A DNA stretch of 64,000 bases, from NCBI GenBank assembly GCA_041653635.1, contig JBAZFC010000001.1:265111-329110 (forward strand). The letters run 5' to 3'. The notes under the pieces are model-generated. The model was not told where the DNA came from, ran no database searches, and saw nothing but the letters and a program-made list of their open reading frames with translations. Positions 7,660 through 16,422 of this stretch are shown in pieces. The stretch comes from Candidatus Micrarchaeia archaeon. GTDB taxonomy: Archaea > Micrarchaeota > Micrarchaeia > Anstonellales > Bilamarchaeaceae. Position 1 is the first letter of the stretch; each line of letters begins with the position of its first letter. The position numbers and the translations under genes were made by a program.

Positions 7660-10254
7660 ATGAAAAAGGATCCAATATGCGGAATGAAGGTTTCGGAAAG
7701 GACGAAGTTCAGGCTCACCAAGGGCGGAAAGGCGAATTATTTCTGCTCCGAGGAGTGCATGGACAAGTTCCTTTACGGAAAGCAGGGGGAGGGTAGCGCG
7801 GGTTTTGGGCGCAAGGAAGAGGCGTACGGGATGGCGGAAACGGGAGTTTCTGCCAGTCATCGCGAAGCGATGCGGAAACCGGAAGGCGGCGTAGCGGCAG
7901 CCAGGTTCGGGGGAAGGGAAACTGAACCGGAAACCGGAAGGGCCACCATTTCCGTGGGCGGGATGGAGTGCGCGTCCTGCGCCATCAACATAGAGAGGGC
8001 GCTGAAGCGGCTGGAGGGTGTGACGGAGGCGAATGTAAATTTCGCCACGCAGAGGGTTAGCGTGGAGTACGAGCTTTCCGCTCTTGCGAAAAGGGACATA
8101 GAGGACGCGATAAGGAAGGCGGGGTACGAAGTGATTGGCGGGAGGGAAGAGCGGGGTGCCGGAAACCTGAGGAGGGATGGTGGAAACAAGGGCAGGAAAC
8201 CGAGGGCGGAAAAACGGAGAGATGCTTCATGGGATGATGAGGAAGACTTGGAAGGGGACGGAGAAACCGACAGGGAAAAGGCGGCGAGGGAGAAGGAGAT
8301 AAACGATTACAAATTCCGGCTCAAGGTGGCGGGGGCGGTGGCGATTCCCGCTGCGCTCCTTGCGATGGGCGAGATGGCGGGGTTTGAGTTTCCGGAAATA
8401 ATAATGCAGAACTTCATGGCGATACAGTTCGTGCTGGCGACCGTGGCGATATACGCCGGCTCGCAGTTCTTCACCAGGGGCTTCAAGGCGCTCCTGAACA
8501 GGATGCCCACGATGGACTCGCTGGTCGCGATTGGGGTGGGCGCGGCGTACCTTTACAGCGTGGCGGTGACGTTCTTCGGTGTGGATGGATACGTGTATTA
8601 TGAGATTGCTGCGGTGCTGATCGCGTTCCTCCTCCTGGGGAGGCTGCTGGAGGCGATTGCAAAGGGAAAGACCTCGGAAGCGATAAAGCGGCTGATGGGG
8701 CTGCAGGCGAAGACCGCACGCGTGATAAGGAACGGGTACGAGCAGGAAATCCCCATAGAAGAGGTGGATGTTGGGGATACGATAGTGATAAGGCCGGGGG
8801 AGAAGATTCCGGTGGACGGGACCGTGCTGGACGGGGAGTCCTATGTGGACGAGGCGATGATTACGGGCGAGCCCATCCCGGTTGTTAAGAGGGCCGGCGC
8901 GGTGGTCATAGGAGCCACGATAAACAAGAGCGGGAGTTTCAGGATGCGCGCGGAAAAAGTTGGAAAGGACACAATGCTCGCGCAAATAATCAAATTGGTG
9001 GAGAACGCGCAGGGCTCCAAGGCGCCCATACAAAGATTGGCGGACGAGGTGTCGGCATACTTCGTGCCTGCGGTGCTCGGGCTGGGGCTGCTTGCGGGCG
9101 GGTATTGGTATTTCATCGCCGGGGAGACGTTCCTGTTCGCCCTAACAATATTCATCACCACGCTGATAATCGCGTGCCCGTGCGCGCTTGGGCTGGCGAC
9201 GCCCACGGCGGTGATGATGGGGACCGGGAAGGGGGCGGAGTACGGGATACTGTACAAGACCGCGAAGGCGCTGGAAACAGCGCACAAGACGCAGGTCGTG
9301 GTCTTTGACAAGACCGGGACGCTCACGAAGGGCAAACCGGAGGTCACGGACGTTATTCCTGCGGAGGGGCTGAGCGAGCACGTGCTGCTCAGGGTTGCGG
9401 CATCCGCGGAGAAAAATTCGGAACATCCTTTGGGAGAAGCGATTGTGAAGAGGGCGAAGGAGATGGGCCTGCACCTCTCGGAACCGGACAAGTTCAACGC
9501 GATTCCGGGCCACGGGGTGGAGATAATGCTGGCAAAGGACAGGGTGCTCATAGGGAACAGGAAGCTGATGGAGAGGAAGGGCGTCCCCTATTCGGAGCTG
9601 GAGGGGGAGCTCGTGCGGCTGGAGAACGAGGGGAAGACGGCGATGCTGGTCGCGATAGGGAACAGGCCCGCGGGCGTGATTGCGGTCGCGGACACGATGA
9701 AGGAGCACTCAAGGGAAGCGATACGCATGCTGCGCAGGCAGGGCATCAAGGTCGCGATGATTACGGGCGACAACAGGAGGACGGCGCAGGCGATTGCCAA
9801 GCAGGCGGGGATAGACAAGGTGTTCGCAGAGGTGCTGCCCGAGGAGAAGGAGCGGGAGGTGAGGAACCTGCAGGACGACGGCTTCAAGGTGGCGTTCGTG
9901 GGCGACGGGATAAACGACGCGCCCGCGCTCGCGGCTTCGGACATCGGGATTGCGATTGGGAGCGGCACGGACGTCGCGATAGAAAGCGGGGACATCGTGC
10001 TGGTGAAGGACGACCTGAGAGATGTGGTGAGGGCGCTCGCCATAAGCAAATACACGATGAAGAAGATAAAGCAGAACCTCTTCTGGGCGTTCATCTACAA
10101 CATGGTGGGGCTGCCCGTCGCGATGGGGGTGCTTTATCCATTTACGGGATTCCTGCTCAACCCCGCGATTGCTGGGGCCGCGATGGCGTTCAGCTCGGTG
10201 AGCGTGGTGTCAAACTCGCTGCTGATGAGGGGGTATGGGAAGAAGAAGGCATAG
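7660..10254 (+). CDS. copA: Cu(+)-exporting P1B-1 ATPase with YHS/TRASH and HMA domains
   Basis: DPICGM...[37 protein letters not shown] and MAFSS motifs. Confidence 0.96.
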   Translation: MKKDPICGMKVSERTKFRLTKGGKANYFCSEECMDKFLYGKQGEGSAGFGRKEEAYGMAETGVSASHREAMRKPEGGVAAARFGGRETEPETGRATISVGGMECASCAINIERALKRLEGVTEANVNFATQRVSVEYELSALAKRDIEDAIRKAGYEVIGGREERGAGNLRRDGGNKGRKPRAEKRRDASWDDEEDLEGDGETDREKAAREKEINDYKFRLKVAGAVAIPAALLAMGEMAGFEFPEIIMQNFMAIQFVLATVAIYAGSQFFTRGFKALLNRMPTMDSLVAIGVGAAYLYSVAVTFFGVDGYVYYEIAAVLIAFLLLGRLLEAIAKGKTSEAIKRLMGLQAKTARVIRNGYEQEIPIEEVDVGDTIVIRPGEKIPVDGTVLDGESYVDEAMITGEPIPVVKRAGAVVIGATINKSGSFRMRAEKVGKDTMLAQIIKLVENAQGSKAPIQRLADEVSAYFVPAVLGLGLLAGGYWYFIAGETFLFALTIFITTLIIACPCALGLATPTAVMMGTGKGAEYGILYKTAKALETAHKTQVVVFDKTGTLTKGKPEVTDVIPAEGLSEHVLLRVAASAEKNSEHPLGEAIVKRAKEMGLHLSEPDKFNAIPGHGVEIMLAKDRVLIGNRKLMERKGVPYSELEGELVRLENEGKTAMLVAIGNRPAGVIAVADTMKEHSREAIRMLRRQGIKVAMITGDNRRTAQAIAKQAGIDKVFAEVLPEEKEREVRNLQDDGFKVAFVGDGINDAPALAASDIGIAIGSGTDVAIESGDIVLVKDDLRDVVRALAISKYTMKKIKQNLFWAFIYNMVGLPVAMGVLYPFTGFLLNPAIAGAAMAFSSVSVVSNSLLMRGYGKKKA

Positions 10255-10257
10255 CCC

Positions 10258-10443
10258 CTACTTCGCGGAGTATATCCTGTACATCCCCCATCCGTGCAGG
10301 AGCATTCCCAGAAGGATTATCCATGGCGCATACTGCTGGGCATAGCCGGCAAGGTATGCGCCGAGGCCGAAGCCCAGGATTCCCGCGCCCAGCATCCAGA
10401 TTTCCAGCTCCATCGGGGTTGCTTTTTTCAGCTTCTCTAACAT
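10258..10443 (-). CDS. Small two-TM membrane protein
   Basis: 61-aa hydrophobic ORF filling the gap between copA and copB. Confidence 0.65.
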   Translation of the reverse strand: MLEKLKKATPMELEIWMLGAGILGFGLGAYLAGYAQQYAPWIILLGMLLHGWGMYRIYSAK

Positions 10444-10502
10444 GCTTGCACCGCTTTTGAATACGGGGCGGGATTTTTATTTATTGCAGTAGAGGGCAAC
10501 GC

Positions 10503-12644
10503 ATGAGGAAGATGCCGCCAAAGCCGGAAGAGCATATGCACCACATGCATGGGATGGAGCACGGGGCACATATGCACCACGAGGGGCATGTGATGGCGGA
10601 GGAGAAGCCGCATGCGGAAGGACATGAAGGGCACGGGACGCACGCCATGCATGCGGGGGAGGAGGCGCCTGTGCACGAGCACGGCGAGATGATGGTGCAG
10701 GAGTTCAAGAGGCATTTCCTCATTAGCCTTATTTTCACTATTCCGCTGCTCGTCCTTTCACCGACCGTGCACGGGTGGGCTAGCGAATTCCTCGGGATTA
10801 CGCTGCCTACATTCGAAGGGGCGAATTATGTGCTGTTCCTCCTCGCGAGCGTGGTGGCGCTCTACGGCGCGTTCCCATTCTACCGCGAAGCCGTGAAGTC
10901 GCTGCGCCACGGCATCCTGGACATGATGGTCCTCGTGTCAATAGCTGTGGGCTCGGGCTACCTTTTCAGCGTGGGGGGGACCTTCTTCTTCGTGGCGCCT
11001 GATTTCTACTGGGAGATATCCACGCTCGTGGTGTTCCTCCTTTTCGGGCATTGGATGGAGATGCGCACAGTACGGGACGCGTCCGGGGCGCTCAAGGAGC
11101 TGGTCAAGCTCATACCGCCGACCGCTAATCTTGTGGCGAATGGGGAAGTGAGGGAAGTGGAGACCGCATCGCTGAAGAAAGGGGATATTATACTCGTGCG
11201 CCCGGGCGGGAAGGTGCCCATAGACGGAATAGTCGTGGAGGGCGAGAGCTCGGTGAACGAGGCGATGCTGACCGGGGAGTCCAAGCCGGTGGGCAAGAAG
11301 AAGGGCAGCGCGGTGATAGGGGGCACGCTGAACATCGCCGGGGCGCTCAGGGTGAGGGTGGCGAAAACCGGTGGGGAGACCGCGCTCTCGCAGATAATAG
11401 CCCTGGTGCGGCAGGCGCAGGAAACGAAGCCGCCGGTGCAGAAGCTTGCGGACAGGGCGGCGCATTACCTCACGTTGGTTGCGATAATAGTGGGGCTGGG
11501 GACGCTGCTTTTCTGGAAGCTGGTGGCGGGGGAGCCGACGGTGTTCGCGCTTACGATGATGATAACCGTAATTGTGGTCGCGTGCCCGCATGCGCTGGGG
11601 CTTGCGATTCCGACCGTGACTACCATCTCCACGACGCTGGCGGCGCGGAACGGGATACTGGTGAAGAACGCGCTTGCGCTGGAGACGGCGAAGAAGCTGG
11701 ATGCCGTGATTTTTGACAAGACCGGGACGCTCACGAAAGGGGAGTTCGGGGTGAGCGACGTGGTCCCCTTGGGCGGGATGGACGAAGACGAAATTCTCGC
11801 GGTCGCTGCCGCAATCGAGCAGAACTCGGAGCACATAATCGCGAGGGGGATAGCCGCGAAGGCGAAGGGTAGGGGGCTGAAGCTGCCCACGGTTGGGAAA
11901 TTCACTGCGGTTGCGGGAAAAGGTGTGCGGGCAGTTGTTGGAAAGAAACAGTATTACGTTGGGAACAGGGCGCTGATGGAGGGCGCAGGGGTGGATTGCA
12001 AAAACGAAAAGGCAGAGGAGTTGGCTTCCGAGGGCAAGACGGTGGTTTACGTAGCTTCAGGCAAAAAGCTGGAAGGCCTGATTGCGCTCTCTGACATCAT
12101 ACGGGAGGAATCTTACGAAGCTGTGAAGGCCCTGAAAGGAATGGGCATGAAGGTCGCGATGCTGACCGGGGACAACAAGGCCACGGCGCAATATGTCGCG
12201 AAGGAGCTGGGGCTGGACGAGTATTTCGCTGAGGTGCTGCCCGGGCAGAAGTCCGAAGCCGTGAAGGCGATGCAGGGCAGGGGCATGAAGGTGGCGATGG
12301 TCGGGGACGGGGTGAATGACGCCCCGGCGCTGGTGCAGTCTGACGTGGGCATCGCGATAGGCGCGGGGACCGATGTGGCCGTGGAATCCGCGCAGATCGT
12401 GCTCGTGAAGAACGACCCCCGCGACATACCCAAGCTGATTAAGCTGAGCAGGCTCACGATGAGGAAGATGAAAGAGAACCTCGTCTGGGCGACGGGCTAC
12501 AATGTGGTTGCGATTCCGGTTGCGGCCGGGGTGCTCGCCCCGTGGGGGATTTTCCTCATGCCGGAGTTCGCGGCGCTGATAATGGCGGCGTCTAGCATAC
12601 TTGTTGTGACTAATGCGCTCCTCATGAGGAATGCACGGCTGTAG
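10503..12644 (+). CDS. copB: P1B-3 copper ATPase with His/Met-rich N-terminus
   Basis: His-rich N-terminus, GHWMEM, CPH, DKTGT, GDGVNDAP, GYN and MAASS motifs. Confidence 0.95.
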   Translation: MRKMPPKPEEHMHHMHGMEHGAHMHHEGHVMAEEKPHAEGHEGHGTHAMHAGEEAPVHEHGEMMVQEFKRHFLISLIFTIPLLVLSPTVHGWASEFLGITLPTFEGANYVLFLLASVVALYGAFPFYREAVKSLRHGILDMMVLVSIAVGSGYLFSVGGTFFFVAPDFYWEISTLVVFLLFGHWMEMRTVRDASGALKELVKLIPPTANLVANGEVREVETASLKKGDIILVRPGGKVPIDGIVVEGESSVNEAMLTGESKPVGKKKGSAVIGGTLNIAGALRVRVAKTGGETALSQIIALVRQAQETKPPVQKLADRAAHYLTLVAIIVGLGTLLFWKLVAGEPTVFALTMMITVIVVACPHALGLAIPTVTTISTTLAARNGILVKNALALETAKKLDAVIFDKTGTLTKGEFGVSDVVPLGGMDEDEILAVAAAIEQNSEHIIARGIAAKAKGRGLKLPTVGKFTAVAGKGVRAVVGKKQYYVGNRALMEGAGVDCKNEKAEELASEGKTVVYVASGKKLEGLIALSDIIREESYEAVKALKGMGMKVAMLTGDNKATAQYVAKELGLDEYFAEVLPGQKSEAVKAMQGRGMKVAMVGDGVNDAPALVQSDVGIAIGAGTDVAVESAQIVLVKNDPRDIPKLIKLSRLTMRKMKENLVWATGYNVVAIPVAAGVLAPWGIFLMPEFAALIMAASSILVVTNALLMRNARL

Positions 12645-12698
12645 GGCGGCGCGGGCACGGGCGCCATGGTTTAAAATCCGCGGCGCATTTATTTACGC

Positions 12699-13289
12699 AT
12701 GGAAAGGAAAACTGGGATATTGCTGCCGCTAGTCATTTTGGCTAACCTCATCGGCGCATACTTCGGGTTTTTCATATACTATGTGAACCAGCTCTCCATT
12801 ACTACGCTGCTGCTGTGGGTTTTCGTGCCGGACTGCCCGCTGGCTGTCCTGCTGATGGCGGCGGCGATTGCGCTGGTGTGGGCGGGGAAGGGCGGGAATC
12901 TCTTCCCTTTCCTCGCGGCTGCGTATGCGATGAAATACGGCATATGGACGGTTGCGGTGCTGCTTTATTTCAATGGATACTTCTTTGCGCCCGCGCTCCT
13001 TGTGCTATATTCCGTGATGCTTGTGACGCACATCGGGATGGCGGTGGAATCGCTCGCGTTCGTGGGGAAGATAAAAGTGGAGCGCTGGCACCTGGTTGCG
13101 GTGCTCGCGTGGTTCCTGGTGAATGATTTGATGGATTACTGGGGAGGGATGAGCCCGAACAACGTGCCGCCCAGCGGGCTGCTTTTACCATTCACGATGC
13201 TGCTCACATTCGTGGGGGTGCCGCTTCTCTATCTTGCGTATAAGGAAGGGAAGCCGCGGATTGTGGCGGGCATCTTATGGGGAAAATGA
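12699..13289 (+). CDS. DUF1405-family membrane protein
   Basis: FVPDCP, KYGIW, H and NDxxDY motifs. TATA-like TTTAAAA upstream. Confidence 0.75.
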   Translation: MERKTGILLPLVILANLIGAYFGFFIYYVNQLSITTLLLWVFVPDCPLAVLLMAAAIALVWAGKGGNLFPFLAAAYAMKYGIWTVAVLLYFNGYFFAPALLVLYSVMLVTHIGMAVESLAFVGKIKVERWHLVAVLAWFLVNDLMDYWGGMSPNNVPPSGLLLPFTMLLTFVGVPLLYLAYKEGKPRIVAGILWGK

Positions 13290-13301
13290 TTGGCGGTAGA
13301 T

Positions 13302-13372
13302 TGCCGGGTGCATTTTTGCTGGGTGCTGGTGGCTGTGTGCTGGCTGCCGGGTGCCGTCCTTTGCCAGATGCT
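13302..13372. repeat. Degenerate 7-bp tandem repeat, consensus TGCYGGN
   Basis: TGCTGGG TGCTGGT GGCTGTG TGCTGGC TGCCGGG TGCCGTC at 13317-13358, with extra units at 13302 and 13362. Confidence 0.6.
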
Positions 13373-14320
13373 TTATGCATGCGCGGGGGCCGGCGCCGCG
13401 GAATCTCCGTTGAGCTTCTGGAGGGATTTCCAGTAGAAGTAGCCGACGATTGCGAATGTGATTATGGGCGAGAGCCATGCTGGGATTTCAAAGCCGAAGC
13501 TGTCCAATACCATGATGGAGCCAAGGAAGAAGATGGAGTACATGGCGCCGTTCTTGAGGTAGGCGTATTTGCGCACCTCCTCTATCCCTTTTATGGTGAG
13601 CTCGCGCACGACTATGGCGCCGAGGCCGTTCCCTATGAGGATGAGGGGAACTGCGAGCGTAAAGGCAAATGCGCCGAGGACGCCGTCTATGGAGAAGGTG
13701 AGGTCTATCACCTCAAGGTACATGAGCTTGCTCAGATCTGAGAGGTTGCTCGTGCCCTTCATGAGCTCCTTTTCGCGCAGCTCCGCGTTCTGCTTGAAGC
13801 CGTGGGTTATGAAGAAGGCGGTGGAGCCGACCACCGCCCCGAAGGCCATTATCGGGTTGATTTGGATGGCGAACCACACGATTATTGAGAGGAGTATGGA
13901 AACGACGGCGAAGAACCAGATGCCCTGGGATGCGATGAACTTCTCGCCCCGGATGCCGTAGTTCTTCGGCTCCAGGAAGAGCCAGTGGAAGAAGAGGAAG
14001 ACGAGGAATACCCCGCCGCCTATCAAGAGGACGGGCGCGGACTGCTCCATCGCCTCCACGACCATGGGGTCCTCGCTGAAGGTCGCTGTGAAGACCTCGT
14101 AGGGGCCGAGGGATGGGTTGGCCACCCAGATTATGAGGAGGGGCAGGATTCCCCTGACTATGAAGACGGCGAACAGGATGCCCCAGAAAAGGAACCATTT
14201 CCTCGCGCGCTTGGACATCTTTGAGAGTATGTCCGCGTTTATTATCGCATTATCAACGCTGCTGACGGTCTCGAAAAGGCACAGGCCGAGTATCGTGAGT
14301 ATCGCGGCGAGAATGTCCAT
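13373..14320 (-). CDS. DUF475 / TerC-like membrane protein
   Basis: LFETVSSVDNAIINA and LEVIDLTFSIDGVLGAFA motifs. TATA TTTTTATATA about 30 nt upstream favours ATG 14320 over 14329. Confidence 0.88.
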   Translation of the reverse strand: MDILAAILTILGLCLFETVSSVDNAIINADILSKMSKRARKWFLFWGILFAVFIVRGILPLLIIWVANPSLGPYEVFTATFSEDPMVVEAMEQSAPVLLIGGGVFLVFLFFHWLFLEPKNYGIRGEKFIASQGIWFFAVVSILLSIIVWFAIQINPIMAFGAVVGSTAFFITHGFKQNAELREKELMKGTSNLSDLSKLMYLEVIDLTFSIDGVLGAFAFTLAVPLILIGNGLGAIVVRELTIKGIEEVRKYAYLKNGAMYSIFFLGSIMVLDSFGFEIPAWLSPIITFAIVGYFYWKSLQKLNGDSAAPAPAHA

Positions 14321-14360
14321 GTTCCCCATCCGTCATTTGTTTACAATATATAAAAATGAT

Positions 14361-14420
14361 GTGGCTCGTTAGCTACTCTGGTCATCACATATCAGTCTGG
14401 GACGGTGCGGTCATCGCCAC
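14361..14420 (-). ncRNA. Box C/D methylation guide sRNA; predicted targets are 23S rRNA G2251 and about U2438 (E. coli numbering)
   Basis: Minus strand reads GUGGC GAUGA [CCGCACCGUCCCAGA] CUGA UAU GUGAUGA [CCAGAGUAGCUA] ACGA GCCAC. It has terminal complementarity, perfect D' and C' boxes, degenerate C and D boxes, and a TATA-like CTTAAAAA about 25 nt upstream. Confidence 0.8.
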
Positions 14421-14472
14421 GATAGTGATTGCGCAAAGGTTGTTTTTAAGCATATGGGGAGGAACTCATATC

Positions 14473-15009
14473 ATGCAGATTATGGTCCTCAGGCTCGGGC
14501 ACAGGCTCCCGAGGGACGAAAGGATGACGACGCACGTTTGCCTCACATCCCGTGCGTTCGGGGCGTCCGGTGCGGCTTACTCCGGGCAGAAGGACGGCTC
14601 GCTGGAGGCGAGCGTGAAGAGGATTGCGGAGAACTGGGGCGGGGAATTTTCAATAGAATACGAGCCGAAGCCAATAACGAGGATAGAAAGAATGAAGAAG
14701 GAGGGCTGGACCGTGGTGCACCTTACGATGTACGGGATGCCGTTGCCGGAGAAGGATGCGGAGATAAGGAAGCGCGGGAAGGTGCTGGTCGTGGTCGGGG
14801 CTGAGAAGGTGCCGGCGGAAGTTTACCAATTGGCGGATTTCAACGTTGCGGTGGGGAACCAGCCCCACTCCGAAATAGCGGCGCTCGCGATAACGCTGGA
14901 CAGGATGCAGGGCGGGAAGGAACTGGAACGGGGCTTCCAGTCTAATTTTGGAGGGGCGGCGATATCGCTGGAGCCTGCGGAAAAGGGGAAGAAAATAAGG
15001 AAAGGCTGA
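14473..15009 (+). CDS. trm56: tRNA (cytidine(56)-2'-O)-methyltransferase
   Basis: VLRLGHR..RDERMTTHV.L.SRAFGA, VHLTMYG, VVGAEKVP and NQPHSEIAALA motifs. Confidence 0.95.
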   Translation: MQIMVLRLGHRLPRDERMTTHVCLTSRAFGASGAAYSGQKDGSLEASVKRIAENWGGEFSIEYEPKPITRIERMKKEGWTVVHLTMYGMPLPEKDAEIRKRGKVLVVVGAEKVPAEVYQLADFNVAVGNQPHSEIAALAITLDRMQGGKELERGFQSNFGGAAISLEPAEKGKKIRKG

Positions 15010-15145
15010 CTTGCGGGAACCGCCATTCCCCATATCTGATTACCGGCATCAGTGGCGGGGAGGTCTCCTTTTCTTTATAAAGGCGGAAATTCCTTTCCTT
15101 CATGCGACCAGGCGGCCTTGTGGCAACGGGGCTGGAGGAGAGTAA

Positions 15146-15412
15146 ATGCCCGTGGAAGATGAGATAATACATTGGTGGAAGGATGACAAGGGCGAGCAGC
15201 ACCGGACCATCCTTCGCATAGAGAGCGAGGAGCCCCAGAGTTCAAACGGATTCCCCAGGGACGGCGTGATAACCGTGAGGGTGGCGAACACAACCGGAAC
15301 GGCGGCGATGAAGCTGAGCCCGGACGAGGGGCTGCGGCTTTCAAACCAGATCCTGACCATAGCTAAGGAGCTGCTGAACAAAAAAAGGAAAATGTGGCGG
15401 GAACGGGATTAG
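15146..15412 (+). CDS. Hypothetical 88-aa protein (beta-strands followed by a long basic helix)
   Basis: SD GGAGG upstream, TATA TTTATAAA at about 15074, host-like codon usage. Confidence 0.7.
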   Translation: MPVEDEIIHWWKDDKGEQHRTILRIESEEPQSSNGFPRDGVITVRVANTTGTAAMKLSPDEGLRLSNQILTIAKELLNKKRKMWRERD

Positions 15413-15432
15413 GCGCTCAGGGTGTTTTTGGG

Positions 15433-15505
15433 CTCCTTTTTACTCGGGACTATGTGCAGAGCCGAAGCGATGCGCTATGCGGAGCTGAGGCGAGTAAAAA
15501 AGGAG
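15433..15505. repeat. 14-15 bp inverted repeat between convergent genes (terminator or small-element remnant)
   Basis: CTCCTTTTTACTCG (15433-15446) pairs with CGAGTAAAAAAGGAG (15491-15505), with a one-base bulge. Confidence 0.55.
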
Positions 15506-15516
15506 AGGGAACGGGA

Positions 15517-16380
15517 TTAGTAATATCCGCTTCCTTGCTCGCAACTGTGGCTCCCCAGATTGCAGTAGGTCCCGGAATCGCAGTCCGAGTTCGCATTGCA
15601 GTAGCCAGCCTTGGGCGTGCACCTGTGCGTGGCGGTGTAGCAGACCTCCCAGGAATTGCAGTTGGAGTTGCCGTCGCAGTAGCCCGGTTTCGCCGTGCAC
15701 CTGTGGCTGTCCGTAGCCTCGCAATATTGCCATGAGTTGCAGTCAGCGTCGTGCCCGCAGTAGCCCGGGGCAGTCATGCAGCGGTTCGTGTCCGCATTGC
15801 AGGTCTGCCAGCCGGCGCAGTTTGCGGTGTTTATGCAGAAGCCGGACCTCGGCCTGCAGAAGTGGGTTTCCACCTCGCACCCCTGCCAGGAGACGCAGTC
15901 CACGTTGTCGTTGCACCTCCCCTCAAACGGTATGCACACCTTATTGACGGTGTCGCACCCCTCCCAGGAATCGCAGTCGTAATCCGTGCCGCATCTTCCG
16001 GGAACAACAGCGCACCTGTGCGTGGTTGAGCCGCAGGCCTCTATGTCCGCCCTGCAGTCCTCGTTGGAGCCGCAGAAGCCGGCGATGGGTGTGCATGCCC
16101 CCTGGGAACATGCCTGCCAGCGCACGTCGCAGTCAGAGTTCTGGGCGCACGTGCCCGGAGCCATGCTGCAGAGATGGGTTGTGCTGTTGCAGGACTGGCC
16201 CGTGCCGCAGTCTGATGCCTGGCTGCAATAGCCCGCCTTCGCCGCGCACACGCCGTCCGAGCATTGCTGCCAGGATTGGCAGTTGGAATCCGCGGAACAG
16301 GAGACCGGGCCCTCGCTTGCCGCGCACCCGAACAAAAGAAGCATCATAACGAACAAACCAGCCAGCATGAAGTTGCGCAT
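15517..16380 (-). CDS. Cys-rich repeat lipoprotein (10 repeats of about 26 aa, 4 Cys each)
   Basis: MRNFMLAGLFVMMLLLFGC lipoprotein-type signal, followed by C-x4-[DN]-C-x5/6-C-x4/7-C-x4-G[YFRT] repeats. Confidence 0.85.
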   Translation of the reverse strand: MRNFMLAGLFVMMLLLFGCAASEGPVSCSADSNCQSWQQCSDGVCAAKAGYCSQASDCGTGQSCNSTTHLCSMAPGTCAQNSDCDVRWQACSQGACTPIAGFCGSNEDCRADIEACGSTTHRCAVVPGRCGTDYDCDSWEGCDTVNKVCIPFEGRCNDNVDCVSWQGCEVETHFCRPRSGFCINTANCAGWQTCNADTNRCMTAPGYCGHDADCNSWQYCEATDSHRCTAKPGYCDGNSNCNSWEVCYTATHRCTPKAGYCNANSDCDSGTYCNLGSHSCEQGSGYY

Positions 16381-16422
16381 CGTTACACCTTTCGCACTTA
16401 TTAGCCGCAAAAACATTAAAAA

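Noticed and set aside
14330..14440. yybP-ykoY (Mn) riboswitch upstream of the TerC-like gene
   Set aside because: The region is better explained by C/D boxes with rRNA-complementary guides, and the DUF475 gene has its own TATA downstream of it.
15012..15062. Fluoride riboswitch
   Set aside because: Only a superficial GGGAAUGG..UUCCC match on the minus strand. The downstream conserved elements and a suitable regulated gene are missing.
7863..15474. Shared 12-mer CGAAGCGATGCG at 7863 and 15463
   Set aside because: Many 12-mer matches are expected by chance in 64 kb, so it is not significant alone.
15447..15490. Second box C/D sRNA (CCGA...GCGATG...CTGA)
   Set aside because: No credible C box, and I could not recognise rRNA or tRNA complementarity.
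15517..16380. CRISPR-like or DNA-level repeat array
   Set aside because: The periodicity is at protein level with divergent codons. No identical repeats with unique spacers were seen here or elsewhere in the window.
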